This document shows, one piece after another, positions 1 through 8,679 of a stretch of 64,000 nt of DNA. Origin of the DNA: an uncultured Opitutales bacterium (lineage in GTDB: Bacteria; Verrucomicrobiota; Verrucomicrobiia; Opitutales; CAZCJJ01); the NCBI GenBank assembly GCA_964499045.1, contig CAZCJJ010000001.1, forward strand, positions 1,390 through 65,389, read 5' to 3'. The notes beneath the pieces are model-generated. The model was not told the DNA's origin. It made no database searches and saw only the letters and a list, made by a program, of their open reading frames with translations. Every line of letters starts with the position of its first letter. Position 1 is the stretch's first letter. Position numbers and translations under genes: made by a program.

Positions 1-2
1 TG

Positions 3-1760
3 GCTCAGAACTTCATCGAACAAAATCCGGGCAGCCGTTATGCGGGCCAGCTGATTTACTTCATGGGAACCACCTGGCTGGAGGAACGGCGTTATGATCT
101 GATGATCGATCAGTTCTCGGATTATGTGAGGCGGTTTCCTGAATATATGGTGCTCGAAGGCTCGCTCTACTGGGCAGGTATGGGTTATTTGCTTGAACAA
201 CGCTATGCCGAGGCTTCCGAGATGTTTGAACGCTTGCTCCGTCAATACCCTGTCGGTCCCTATTCCGAGGATGCGCTCTACCGTCTCGGAATTTGCCAGT
301 ATGGCATGCAAAATCTGGAGGGTGCCCGGGAAGCGTTTGGGACCTTTATTGCACAGTACCCTGATACGACCCTGCGTGGGGAGGCAGAGTTCTTCATGGG
401 AGATATTCTTGGTGGAGCCGGTGAACTTGAGCAGGCCATCCGCCACTACAACAATGTTGAGGTTTTTACCGACAACCTGTCCTACATTGAGAATGCCTAT
501 TTTGAGAAGGGCCGTATTTACGAGGCCACGGAGCGTTACAAGGATATGGAGCGGAACTACATGACCTTCATCGAAAAATATGGAGACAAGGTTGAGGTAA
601 CCGGCGCCATCTACCAGTTGGGACGTTCCAGATTTTTGCAGGGGAATCCATCTGCCATGTTCAGCCTCTACATGGATGCTATTGTCGAACACGGCAATGA
701 CCCCGAGAGTTATGGTGTCGATGATATCCTGGTCGCTTTTTCCGGGGAGTATTACAAGGGCGTCGAACAAATTCAGGAAACACTACAATTCTTACGGAAG
801 GTAGTGGATGAGGTCGCATTCCGCCAGACACTGGCCGAAGATCGCAGTGCCCTTTTTGATTACTTGAGGGGACACCCCTTGATTGATCCGGTGGTTCTGG
901 AAAGGTTTTATGACCGTCAGTTCAGGGTTTCCCTGATCACCGATCAGGCTCCGGTGGGGGAGATGATTGCGGAGTATGAGCGGAAACTGGCGACATATCC
1001 CGAGGAAACTCCGGAACAACGTCTGGAAATAGCCTATCGCGAGGCGGATGCTGCCGGAAAGCGTACTTTGGCCTACCGCTTGCATATGGCCAGCGACAAG
1101 CTGGGACTCGACCTTGCACCGGATCGTGCCTTTACCGAACAGGATTTTCTCTATGCGAGCCCGGCCACCTTGGTCTGGATCGGAAACCGGCTCAGCGAAT
1201 TTGATCCCTCCGGCGCGCGTCAGGCTTTTCAGGCAGTGATGGAGCAGCACGAGGAATCGGATAAGGTATTGGATGCGCTACTGGCTTTGGGAGACCTGGA
1301 AATGCAGGAAGGGGTTTGTGAAGAGGCTTTGAATGCCTATGCCCGGGCTCAGAAATTGTTCCCTGCCTATGGAGACATCTGGAAGGCGGTTATCGGACAG
1401 GGGGATGCCCTTCGCTGCCTTGGTCGCCATTGGGAGGCTCGGGAGAAATACCAGGAAGTCGTGGAAATCCGCGACTGGCGGGGCCAGCCCCATGCCGAAG
1501 CTTTGGTCAAAACCGGCCTGTCCTTCAAAGAAGAAAATGATTTCGAGCGTGCCCAGGCTTTCTTTGAGCGCACCTACGTCGGTCACTCGGCCTTTCCTGA
1601 CTGGGCCTCCCGTGCCTATTGGGAAAGTGGCCAGTTGCTTCAGCAAATGGGACGCACCGACGAAGCACGTCAGACCTACGATGAATTTTTGGAGAACAGC
1701 GCCTACTCCGAGGCCCCCTACTACAATCAAATCCGACAAGCAAGGAATGCCCTGCAATGA
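3..1760 (+). CDS. TPR-repeat protein, probably 5'-truncated by the window edge
   Basis: The frame is open from nt 3, with no stop before the first ATG at 63. Repeated TPR-like helix pairs, e.g. LYWAGMGYLLEQRYAEASEMFERLLRQYP and ALYRLGICQYGMQNLEGAREAFGTFIAQYP. The stop overlaps the next start (ATGA at 1757-1760). Confidence 0.75.
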   Translation, partial: AQNFIEQNPGSRYAGQLIYFMGTTWLEERRYDLMIDQFSDYVRRFPEYMVLEGSLYWAGMGYLLEQRYAEASEMFERLLRQYPVGPYSEDALYRLGICQYGMQNLEGAREAFGTFIAQYPDTTLRGEAEFFMGDILGGAGELEQAIRHYNNVEVFTDNLSYIENAYFEKGRIYEATERYKDMERNYMTFIEKYGDKVEVTGAIYQLGRSRFLQGNPSAMFSLYMDAIVEHGNDPESYGVDDILVAFSGEYYKGVEQIQETLQFLRKVVDEVAFRQTLAEDRSALFDYLRGHPLIDPVVLERFYDRQFRVSLITDQAPVGEMIAEYERKLATYPEETPEQRLEIAYREADAAGKRTLAYRLHMASDKLGLDLAPDRAFTEQDFLYASPATLVWIGNRLSEFDPSGARQAFQAVMEQHEESDKVLDALLALGDLEMQEGVCEEALNAYARAQKLFPAYGDIWKAVIGQGDALRCLGRHWEAREKYQEVVEIRDWRGQPHAEALVKTGLSFKEENDFERAQAFFERTYVGHSAFPDWASRAYWESGQLLQQMGRTDEARQTYDEFLENSAYSEAPYYNQIRQARNALQ

Positions 1761-2887
1761 AACTATCCGCATTATTCCCCATCACCTTGGCATGCCTGGC
1801 CCTTTTCCCTCTGTGGGTATCCGGACAGGAGGAAGATGAGTCCCGAAACTACTTCCGCGAATTTGGAACGGCTCCGGTGGAGGTTTTCAACCGGACCGGA
1901 GTGAGCACAGGTCAGGGCCAACGCCTTTTCCTGATGGGTACGGACCGGGGGGACCTTATTTTCCGCTACCAGCCCAATGATATTCGCGAAATCGGGATCC
2001 CTCTGGATACCCGTGATCTGCAGCTATTCTACCAGACCCCCAGTAGTTATGATGATGCACTGGAGCTGATTGAAGCAGAGGATTTTGCCGGAGGGCTGCA
2101 GGAATTGCGGCCCATCGCCTATCCTTTGATCCGCTTCCTTTCCATTCCTCCCCAGAATTTCAATATTCACGATCCGGTGGAACGTATGGTTTATGCATTA
2201 AGTCGCAGCGACTATCTGGATGAGGCCGTCACCGTCGTCCGTCGCTTGCCATTGCAGTCACTGCCGCCGGTTTTCCTCAGCCACAGCCTCTTTTTGTTGG
2301 AGCGTCTCGCGCAGGAAGGCCAGACGGAAGATGCAATTGGGATCATTGCCACTGTACCGCTCAGTGTGGAGCGTCCGGACTCTCTTTTCATGGTCATGAA
2401 TTTTGCCAACAAAATCAGGGATGAGGGTAAAATCAACGAGGCCTTGCTCCTTTACCAGCGCTTGCAGGATATTCCGCACCCGGATATTCAGAATATTGCC
2501 CGGCTGTGGACGGCTTACTGTAACATCCAGCTAAACCGGGCCCAGACGGCGGAGGTATTTCTGGAAAGGGTGGCCGAACTCCAGCCCGAAGACCGTGCCT
2601 TCTCACTGAAAAAGCTGGTACAGGGACTGGCCTATTTGAAACGTGACAACTATCTCGGTGCCATGCGCGAGGTCAGTCAGGGGGTCGTTTTTTCCGAAGT
2701 CGCCTATCCCTGGAATGCAGAGTTGCTCTACATGTCAGGGCTATGTTATGAAAAGCTCGATAATCTGAATACAGCCCGTCAGGTTTACGGGGAAGTGGTC
2801 CTGTTCTATCCCGAAAGCCCATGGGCTGCGAAATGTGAGGAGCATCTGGCTCAATTACCCTCGCCAACTGCCGAAGCCACCAACTAA
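1757..2887 (+). CDS. Secreted helical-repeat (TPR-like) protein, family not recognised
   Basis: Signal-peptide-like N-terminus MKLSALFPITLACLALFPLWVSGQ. C-terminal TPR-like segment AELLYMSGLCYEKLDNLNTARQVYGEVVLFYPESPWAAKCEEHL. Start overlaps the upstream stop. Confidence 0.6.
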   Translation: MKLSALFPITLACLALFPLWVSGQEEDESRNYFREFGTAPVEVFNRTGVSTGQGQRLFLMGTDRGDLIFRYQPNDIREIGIPLDTRDLQLFYQTPSSYDDALELIEAEDFAGGLQELRPIAYPLIRFLSIPPQNFNIHDPVERMVYALSRSDYLDEAVTVVRRLPLQSLPPVFLSHSLFLLERLAQEGQTEDAIGIIATVPLSVERPDSLFMVMNFANKIRDEGKINEALLLYQRLQDIPHPDIQNIARLWTAYCNIQLNRAQTAEVFLERVAELQPEDRAFSLKKLVQGLAYLKRDNYLGAMREVSQGVVFSEVAYPWNAELLYMSGLCYEKLDNLNTARQVYGEVVLFYPESPWAAKCEEHLAQLPSPTAEATN

Positions 2888-2931
2888 ACTTTCAACCAAC
2901 CATCAACTTTCAATCCACAACCTCAAGATCC

Positions 2932-3705
2932 ATGCATACAATCCGTTTATTCCTCGCTTGTTTGAGTATCGTTCTGGCCCCCGCGGGTTTCCAGGCGATT
3001 CATGCCCAGGATGCTGAAGAGCCTCCTGCCGCCGCTGAAGAAGCCCCACCGGTCGCGGATGAGGTCAGCCTTCTCGGTCTTTTTAACGCCGGTGGCTGGG
3101 CCATGTACCCGCTGCTGTTCCTCTCTATCTCAGGAGTGGGCCTCACCATCTACAACTTCATGATGATCCGGGAAAAACCGTTTCTGCGCCCTGATCTGGT
3201 GGAACAACTGAAACCTGCCATGGGCAAGGTGGAAATGGATGAAGCCAAGCGCATTTGCGATGAGCACCCGTCGGTTCTGACAAATATTGTTCATGCCGGC
3301 CTTGAACGTGTCGATGGGGAACACCTCGACCCGGCCGCGATGAAGGAAGCGATGGAGGAGTCTTCAACTGAAGAGCTGTCTGCGCCTTTCATCATGATCA
3401 ACTATCTCTCGATCGTGGCGACGCTGTCACCGATGGTCGGACTGCTCGGTACCGTCTCTGGTATGGTCAAGGCCTTCCGTAATATCGCGGCCGCCGGTAT
3501 GGGGCAGCCCCAGCAATTGGCGGACAACATTTCGGAAGCGCTCATTACCACCGCGACCGGCCTGATTATCGCGATTCCCGCTATGTTCTTCTATTTCTAT
3601 TTCAAGAACCGCTACGGTAAAATCGCCTCTCAGGTGTCCAAACAGGTAGGTGATATTTTCTTCGAGCTTATCAAAGGCGTTCGTCGCCATGCCTCCGAAA
3701 ACTAA
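2932..3705 (+). CDS. exbB: MotA/TolQ/ExbB-family proton channel
   Basis: Family signature LSPMVGLLGTVSGMVKAFRNI...NISEALITTATGLIIAIPAMFFY. Several hydrophobic helices, and an N-terminal signal-like segment followed by an Ala/Pro/Glu-rich spacer. Confidence 0.85.
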   Translation: MHTIRLFLACLSIVLAPAGFQAIHAQDAEEPPAAAEEAPPVADEVSLLGLFNAGGWAMYPLLFLSISGVGLTIYNFMMIREKPFLRPDLVEQLKPAMGKVEMDEAKRICDEHPSVLTNIVHAGLERVDGEHLDPAAMKEAMEESSTEELSAPFIMINYLSIVATLSPMVGLLGTVSGMVKAFRNIAAAGMGQPQQLADNISEALITTATGLIIAIPAMFFYFYFKNRYGKIASQVSKQVGDIFFELIKGVRRHASEN

Positions 3706-3766
3706 ACGGAGGTATGGGCTTGCTCCATTCCCCGGTCTGCATCCTTAACCAGCACTTGGAAACCAG

Positions 3767-4168
3767 ATGAAAATTGACATCCCAGAAATGAAGGATGAGT
3801 CCTTCGATCTCACCCCGATGATCGACGTCGTTTTCCTTCTGATCATCTTCTTCATGGTGGTGGCGGCTGAAATCACGGAAAAGATCGAGATTGCCATGCC
3901 CACGGCCGAAAAGGCGCAGGTTCCGGATGAAACCGGTAGGCGCATGCATATTTCTATTCAGGAGGACGGGAGCATGTTTATTGGCATGATGCCCACGACT
4001 CTGGAGGAATTGGGGAGTGCCGTTCGTTATGACAATGAGACGATCCCGGGCTTCAAGGTATTTGTCCGCGCCGATGCCAACACTGCGCACAAGCATGTAC
4101 GCGATGTCATGCAAGCCTGTGCGGACAACGGTGTTTTCGATGTTATTTTCGCAACCTTCAAACAGTAA
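3767..4168 (+). CDS. exbD: ExbD/TolR biopolymer transport protein
   Basis: FDLTPMIDVVFLLIIFFMVV is the ExbD/TolR N-terminal TM helix with the conserved Asp. Length 133 aa. Confidence 0.85.
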   Translation: MKIDIPEMKDESFDLTPMIDVVFLLIIFFMVVAAEITEKIEIAMPTAEKAQVPDETGRRMHISIQEDGSMFIGMMPTTLEELGSAVRYDNETIPGFKVFVRADANTAHKHVRDVMQACADNGVFDVIFATFKQ

Positions 4169-4602
4169 TGGCCAAAATTAACCAAGCCCTTATGGGTGAC
4201 GACAAGTACGACCTGACGCCGATGATCGACGTGGTCTTCCTGTTGCTCATCTTTTTCATGGTAACGGTCGACCTGACGGAAGAGGCGGATCTGGGGATCC
4301 GGTTGCCAGCCAGTGTGCCGCCGCCCCCTAATGTCCAGTTGCCCGAAGAGCATGTGGTGGACATCCATCCCAGTGGGGAGGTGCTTCTGAATGGTGCCCC
4401 AATGGATCATCCCGGCAGCAGGAGTATGCCCGAGCTGACCCGTACGCTGGAGCGACTGAAAGCCGCCGCCGACCGAGCAGGCCTGAACACCTCCATCACC
4501 ATCTATGCCAACAGCAATTCCCTGCACCAGCGTTCCATTGATGTGCTGAATGCCTGTGCAACCGCAAGGATACGTTATGTATCCTTTTCTCCGGAAGATT
4601 AG
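4168..4602 (+). CDS. exbD: ExbD/TolR biopolymer transport protein (second copy)
   Basis: YDLTPMIDVVFLLLIFFMVTV motif. Start overlaps the upstream stop (TAATG at 4166-4170). Confidence 0.85.
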   Translation: MAKINQALMGDDKYDLTPMIDVVFLLLIFFMVTVDLTEEADLGIRLPASVPPPPNVQLPEEHVVDIHPSGEVLLNGAPMDHPGSRSMPELTRTLERLKAAADRAGLNTSITIYANSNSLHQRSIDVLNACATARIRYVSFSPED

Positions 4603-4692
4603 CCTACCCTTACTCCGAACGGATAAGGCAAAGCGTTTTTACCCCATCTAATCTCGGCCAGACCCTTTCCGGGTACTGCGCCCTCACCGCCC

Positions 4693-5982
4693 ATGGCTAA
4701 GAGAAAAGTCAATTTGCCCCTCATCGAGGTGATCATTGTCAGTGTTCTTATTCATTTGGGGGCATTACTGATTCTGGGGGGGATTACTATTTATCAATAC
4801 GTTATCCCCCCGGAACCCGAAATGGAGGCTCCTCCCGCTGTTGACCGGACAGAACCGGAAAAAGTTCAGCAGCAGGTCAGGATGCAGCAGCAGCAACGCC
4901 AAAGCACCCGGCCGACTCAGCGTATTACGGTAACCAATATTTCCGAACTGAATGTTCCCACTTTGGATATTGATTTACCCCAAGTGGCAGGCCGAGTCGG
5001 GGTCGGAGGTGTTGGGGCGGGCACTCAGGGCAGAAGCAGCCTGAGTCGGAATTTGAGTGGAGGCGGCATTGATTTCAGCCGCTCAGCGGTTAACTTTTTT
5101 GGCATTCGCAGCCAGGGGGAGCGCATCATGTTTATCATCGACGCCACCCGCTGGATACTGGAAGACCAGAAAGGAGGCATTCCAGCCTACAATATTATCA
5201 AGGAGGAGATCATCAAGCAGGTCAACGGCCTCTCTCCTGGAACCTTGTTTAACGTCATGTTCTTCGACACCAACCGGGTTTACAGTTTTTCCAGTCATAT
5301 GTTGCCCGCGACCACGGCTAATAAGGAAGCCTTAGCAAAATGGATCGATCCGGTTAACAAGGACATCGCATCGGTCGGTCGCCTGCAGAACAACGTGGAG
5401 CCGCAAAATACGGATATAGATCCGATGAAGGACCGTCTCCGGAACTGGGTCAGACCCATTCAAATCGCCATGGAGCAGGGCTGTGATGCGATTTTCCTGA
5501 TGACGTCCCGTTGGATGCACCACCCGCGTTACATCACGGAGGAGGAACGGATTGCTTATTACCGCGAAGTCAAATGGACCGATAAGGACGAGGTAGTCTG
5601 GCAGGATGCGGTCAAAAAAGCCCAGGAGTGGTTGGCCAACGAGAATGCCGAACGGCGGCGCAGGGGGCAGCCGGAACGCGTGGTCTCGTGGATAGGAACG
5701 ATTGTCGCGGAACAGTTCCCGCGTGTACGCCGCAAACCCAGTGCGGCCTTTACCTTTGACGAAGTCATGCAACACATCCAGAACATGGGCCCCAAGATCT
5801 ATGAGAAACATTCCGACCGTCCCCCGATCAATGTGGTGATGTTTCTGGGCAGCGACGAGCAGGCTCGTGGCAACCGGGAAGTCGAGCAGTTTCAACAACT
5901 CACCCGCCGCAACCGGGGACGGTTTAATGTTCTCGAAGGGTTGCCCGCCCTGCGCAATGTAACCGGAAGTGGATCCGGTTGA
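4693..5982 (+). CDS. TonB-N-terminal-like membrane anchor + Pro/Gln linker + vWA-like domain protein (paralog 1)
   Basis: Single N-terminal TM helix IEVIIVSVLIHLGALLILGG containing S17-x3-H21, as in E. coli TonB (LLSVCIHGAVV). Pro-rich PPEPEMEAPPAVDRTEPE, then Gln-rich QQQVRMQQQQRQ. The C-terminal ~300 aa show a vWA-like strand/helix pattern: RIMFIIDATRW, TLFNVMFFD, ATTANKEALAKWIDPV, CDAIFLMTSRW, INVVMFLGSDE. It sits where tonB normally lies after exbB-exbD-exbD. The function is inferred. Confidence 0.55.
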   Translation: MAKRKVNLPLIEVIIVSVLIHLGALLILGGITIYQYVIPPEPEMEAPPAVDRTEPEKVQQQVRMQQQQRQSTRPTQRITVTNISELNVPTLDIDLPQVAGRVGVGGVGAGTQGRSSLSRNLSGGGIDFSRSAVNFFGIRSQGERIMFIIDATRWILEDQKGGIPAYNIIKEEIIKQVNGLSPGTLFNVMFFDTNRVYSFSSHMLPATTANKEALAKWIDPVNKDIASVGRLQNNVEPQNTDIDPMKDRLRNWVRPIQIAMEQGCDAIFLMTSRWMHHPRYITEEERIAYYREVKWTDKDEVVWQDAVKKAQEWLANENAERRRRGQPERVVSWIGTIVAEQFPRVRRKPSAAFTFDEVMQHIQNMGPKIYEKHSDRPPINVVMFLGSDEQARGNREVEQFQQLTRRNRGRFNVLEGLPALRNVTGSGSG

Positions 5983-6061
5983 AATATTTTCCAGGAAAAC
6001 TCACGCATTAGCTTGTGTGTGCTTGAGTTGACCTTCAATAAGTAATTGTTAAGTTTTTACC

Positions 6062-7351
6062 ATGGCCAAAAGAAAGATAAATCTACCCCTCATTGAAGTC
6101 ATTATCATCAGTGTAGTTTTGCACGGTGTGGCCTTGCTCGTTTTGGGGGGCATCACTATTTACCAGTATATTCAGCCACCGGAGCCTGAACTGGAAGCAC
6201 CCCCGGTAGCCGAAAGGCAGGAGCCTGAGCGTTTGCAGCAACAGGTTCGTATGCAGCAGCAGCAGCGCCAGAGCACCCGTCCCACCCAACGGATCACGGT
6301 GACGAATATTTCCGACCTGAATATGCCCACGCTGGACATTGATCTGCCGCAGGTGGGAACCCGTGTGGGAGTCGGTGCGGCTGGCCGGGGTGGCCAGGCT
6401 GGCGGTGCGCTCAGGGGGACCCTGGGGAGCGGTGGAATCGACTTTAACCGTTCAGCGGTCAATTTTTTCGGTATCCGCAGTCAGGGGGAACGTATCATGT
6501 TCATCATTGATGCGAGCCGTCTGATGATGCTGGACGTTCGCGGCGGGATGCCAGCCTATAACCTCATCAAACAGGAGATCGTTCGCCAGGTGGAAGGTCT
6601 CTCTCCGGGCACCCTTTTCAACGTGATGTTCTATAGCAGTAGTAGCATACAGGCCTTTTCGACCAACATGATGCCGGCCACGACGGCGAATAAGGAGGCT
6701 TTGGCAAAGTGGATCGATCCGATCAATAAGGAATTTGCGCGCGTCGGGCGATTGAGTGGCAACGTGAACATTCAGAATACGGAGATTGATCCGATGAAAA
6801 ATGAAATCAGCCACTGGCCCAGGGCCGTTCAGGTTGCCATGGAACAAGGCTGTGACGCCATTTTTCTCATGACCTCATGGTGGGGATGGTACAGGAGAGG
6901 TATGGATGAAGCCGAACTCGCGCGCTGGTATCGCAGCCGGGGCTGGGGAGACAAGGAAGAGGCGGCTTGGGTAGATGCCGTGGCGAAAGCCCGGGAATGG
7001 TTAAATAAAGAGAATGAAGCCCGTCGCAAACGCGGCCAACCGGAACGGGTGATTGGCAGCATCGGTGAGATTACGCGTGAGCGCTTCCCCGATGTTCGTA
7101 CGAAGCCGGCTCCAAGTTGGAGTCGGGATGAGGTGCTATCCCATCTCCAGAATGCTTCCAGCACGATCTTTCCTACCCCCCGCGACCGCCCTCCATTCAA
7201 TGTAGTGCTGTTCCTGGGTGCCGACGAGAAGGCGCAGGGCAACAGCACCGTAGACGCTTTTCAAAACGTGGCCCGCCGCCTGCGGGGGCGATTTAATGTT
7301 CTGCAGGGACTGCCCGCACTCCAAAACGTCACCGGATCCGGGTCCTCCTGA
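6062..7351 (+). CDS. TonB-N-terminal-like membrane anchor + Pro/Gln linker + vWA-like domain protein (paralog 2)
   Basis: Same length (429 aa) and architecture as 4693-5982. TM helix IEVIIISVVLHGVALLVLGG with S-x3-H. RIMFIIDASRL, TLFNVMFYS, CDAIFLMTSWW, FNVVLFLGADE. Confidence 0.55.
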   Translation: MAKRKINLPLIEVIIISVVLHGVALLVLGGITIYQYIQPPEPELEAPPVAERQEPERLQQQVRMQQQQRQSTRPTQRITVTNISDLNMPTLDIDLPQVGTRVGVGAAGRGGQAGGALRGTLGSGGIDFNRSAVNFFGIRSQGERIMFIIDASRLMMLDVRGGMPAYNLIKQEIVRQVEGLSPGTLFNVMFYSSSSIQAFSTNMMPATTANKEALAKWIDPINKEFARVGRLSGNVNIQNTEIDPMKNEISHWPRAVQVAMEQGCDAIFLMTSWWGWYRRGMDEAELARWYRSRGWGDKEEAAWVDAVAKAREWLNKENEARRKRGQPERVIGSIGEITRERFPDVRTKPAPSWSRDEVLSHLQNASSTIFPTPRDRPPFNVVLFLGADEKAQGNSTVDAFQNVARRLRGRFNVLQGLPALQNVTGSGSS

Positions 7352-7415
7352 CCCAGCCTCTTGCCGAGGCGTAGTGAAAAGGAGCGCGGGCATCTTGCCT
7401 GCGTACTTGGGAAAT

Positions 7416-7434
7416 CACGGACGAGACGTCCGTG
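7416..7434 (+). terminator. Perfect 8-bp hairpin downstream of the operon; weak terminator candidate
   Basis: cacggacg-aga-cgtccgtg lies 65 nt after the stop at 7351. It is not followed by a clean T-run, so confidence is low. Confidence 0.3.
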
Positions 7435-7754
7435 CACCTTTCAGCTCTTTCGCAGTTAAAATGTGAATCCACTTTTTATTTGCCGGAAACACTTGGCAAA
7501 TGGGCATTATGGGTGCATAGTATGCCTTAGATCCTCTTCTGTGTTCGATACCTCGAAATTGCTCTTATCCTTTCAGATAAATCGGGAGCTTGACCCAGTG
7601 TGGTGGCCGTCATGCCGTACAGCGGAAGACGAAAGCCATGCGGAAAGCACCCACCTGTACAAAGCGAGGTTAATAGAGCTTTCTTCAATCACGGCACGAG
7701 CAGAGGATCTTTTTTTTTTGCTCCTTTCCTGCTAATCGGTTCGCGGCAATCACT

Positions 7755-8669
7755 TTACGCCCCGACCTTCCCTTTTAACCAAGCGTATAGGGCACGGAGC
7801 CAGAGATGAAATTCGCGGTAGCGGAATGGGTGGCTGCGCCAGGCGAGCGTGGCATAGCGTAATGCGGTGTTGCGATGACGGTCGGAGAGCGCCCAATGCG
7901 CCCACTGGTAATAAGTTGCACTTCGGCTGGGCAGGACGTTTTTTGAGGGGGGTGGTGAATATTCGATCCCGCGCGAAGCCAGCAAACGTATCTTCTTTTG
8001 GACCCGATCCTGTCGGTCCGCGACTTGATTGATGCTTTTCCAGTGCTGACGGTAATCGAGGAGTGTCTCCTGCAAGCTGGTCAAGGGGCCGAGATCACTG
8101 AGCCGCAGGAACAGGTCGAAATCTTCGATGTATTCATAGTCCTTCCGGTAGGGGCCGGCTTTGTCCAATGCCGGTTTGCGCAGCATCATGGCCGGATGGA
8201 TCAAGCCGCCGATCCCTCCATTCAACAGATCCTTGCGGATGATCTCCGGATCCTCCGGGACCCGGTAGGTCCAGATTGGAGCACCGTGTGGATCGATAAA
8301 ACGAACCCAGGCACCGCAGCCCAAAAAACCAGGGTTCTGCTCCAAGAAGTCCTTCTGCTTACGAAATCGTTCCGGATAAGCGATGTCATCCGCGTCCATT
8401 CGCGCAATCAGGCTTCCCCGGGCCTCACGGAGTCCTCTGTTTAGGGCCTCGACGATTCCGGAGGCGGGTTGATGGATTACCCGGAAGCGTGAGTCCTTGC
8501 GGGCATAGTCATCAAGGATAGCCCCGCTGGAGTCATGCGAGCCATCGTTTACCGCCAGGCATTCCCATTCAGTGAAGGTTTGTCTGACCAGGCTGTCCAA
8601 GGCGTCCCGCAGATAATGCTCCGCATTGTGAACGGGCAGAAGCACTGAAATGGAGGGACAGGTAGCCAT
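7755..8669 (-). CDS. Glycosyltransferase family 2
   Basis: N-terminal ISVLLPVHNAEHYLRDALDSLVRQTFTEWECLAVNDGSHDSS and RMDADD (DxD), typical of the GT2 GT-A fold. Confidence 0.8.
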   Translation of the reverse strand: MATCPSISVLLPVHNAEHYLRDALDSLVRQTFTEWECLAVNDGSHDSSGAILDDYARKDSRFRVIHQPASGIVEALNRGLREARGSLIARMDADDIAYPERFRKQKDFLEQNPGFLGCGAWVRFIDPHGAPIWTYRVPEDPEIIRKDLLNGGIGGLIHPAMMLRKPALDKAGPYRKDYEYIEDFDLFLRLSDLGPLTSLQETLLDYRQHWKSINQVADRQDRVQKKIRLLASRGIEYSPPPSKNVLPSRSATYYQWAHWALSDRHRNTALRYATLAWRSHPFRYREFHLWLRALYAWLKGKVGA

Positions 8670-8679
8670 TGAAACCGGA

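Noticed and set aside
7590-7650. Possible SRP (4.5S) RNA, because of GGAA and AGC motifs in a hairpin.
   Set aside because: The sequence around GGAA (agcGGAAgac) cannot form the conserved closing helix and symmetric loop of SRP domain IV. No tRNA-like cloverleaf was found around the ttcgata segment near 7540 either.
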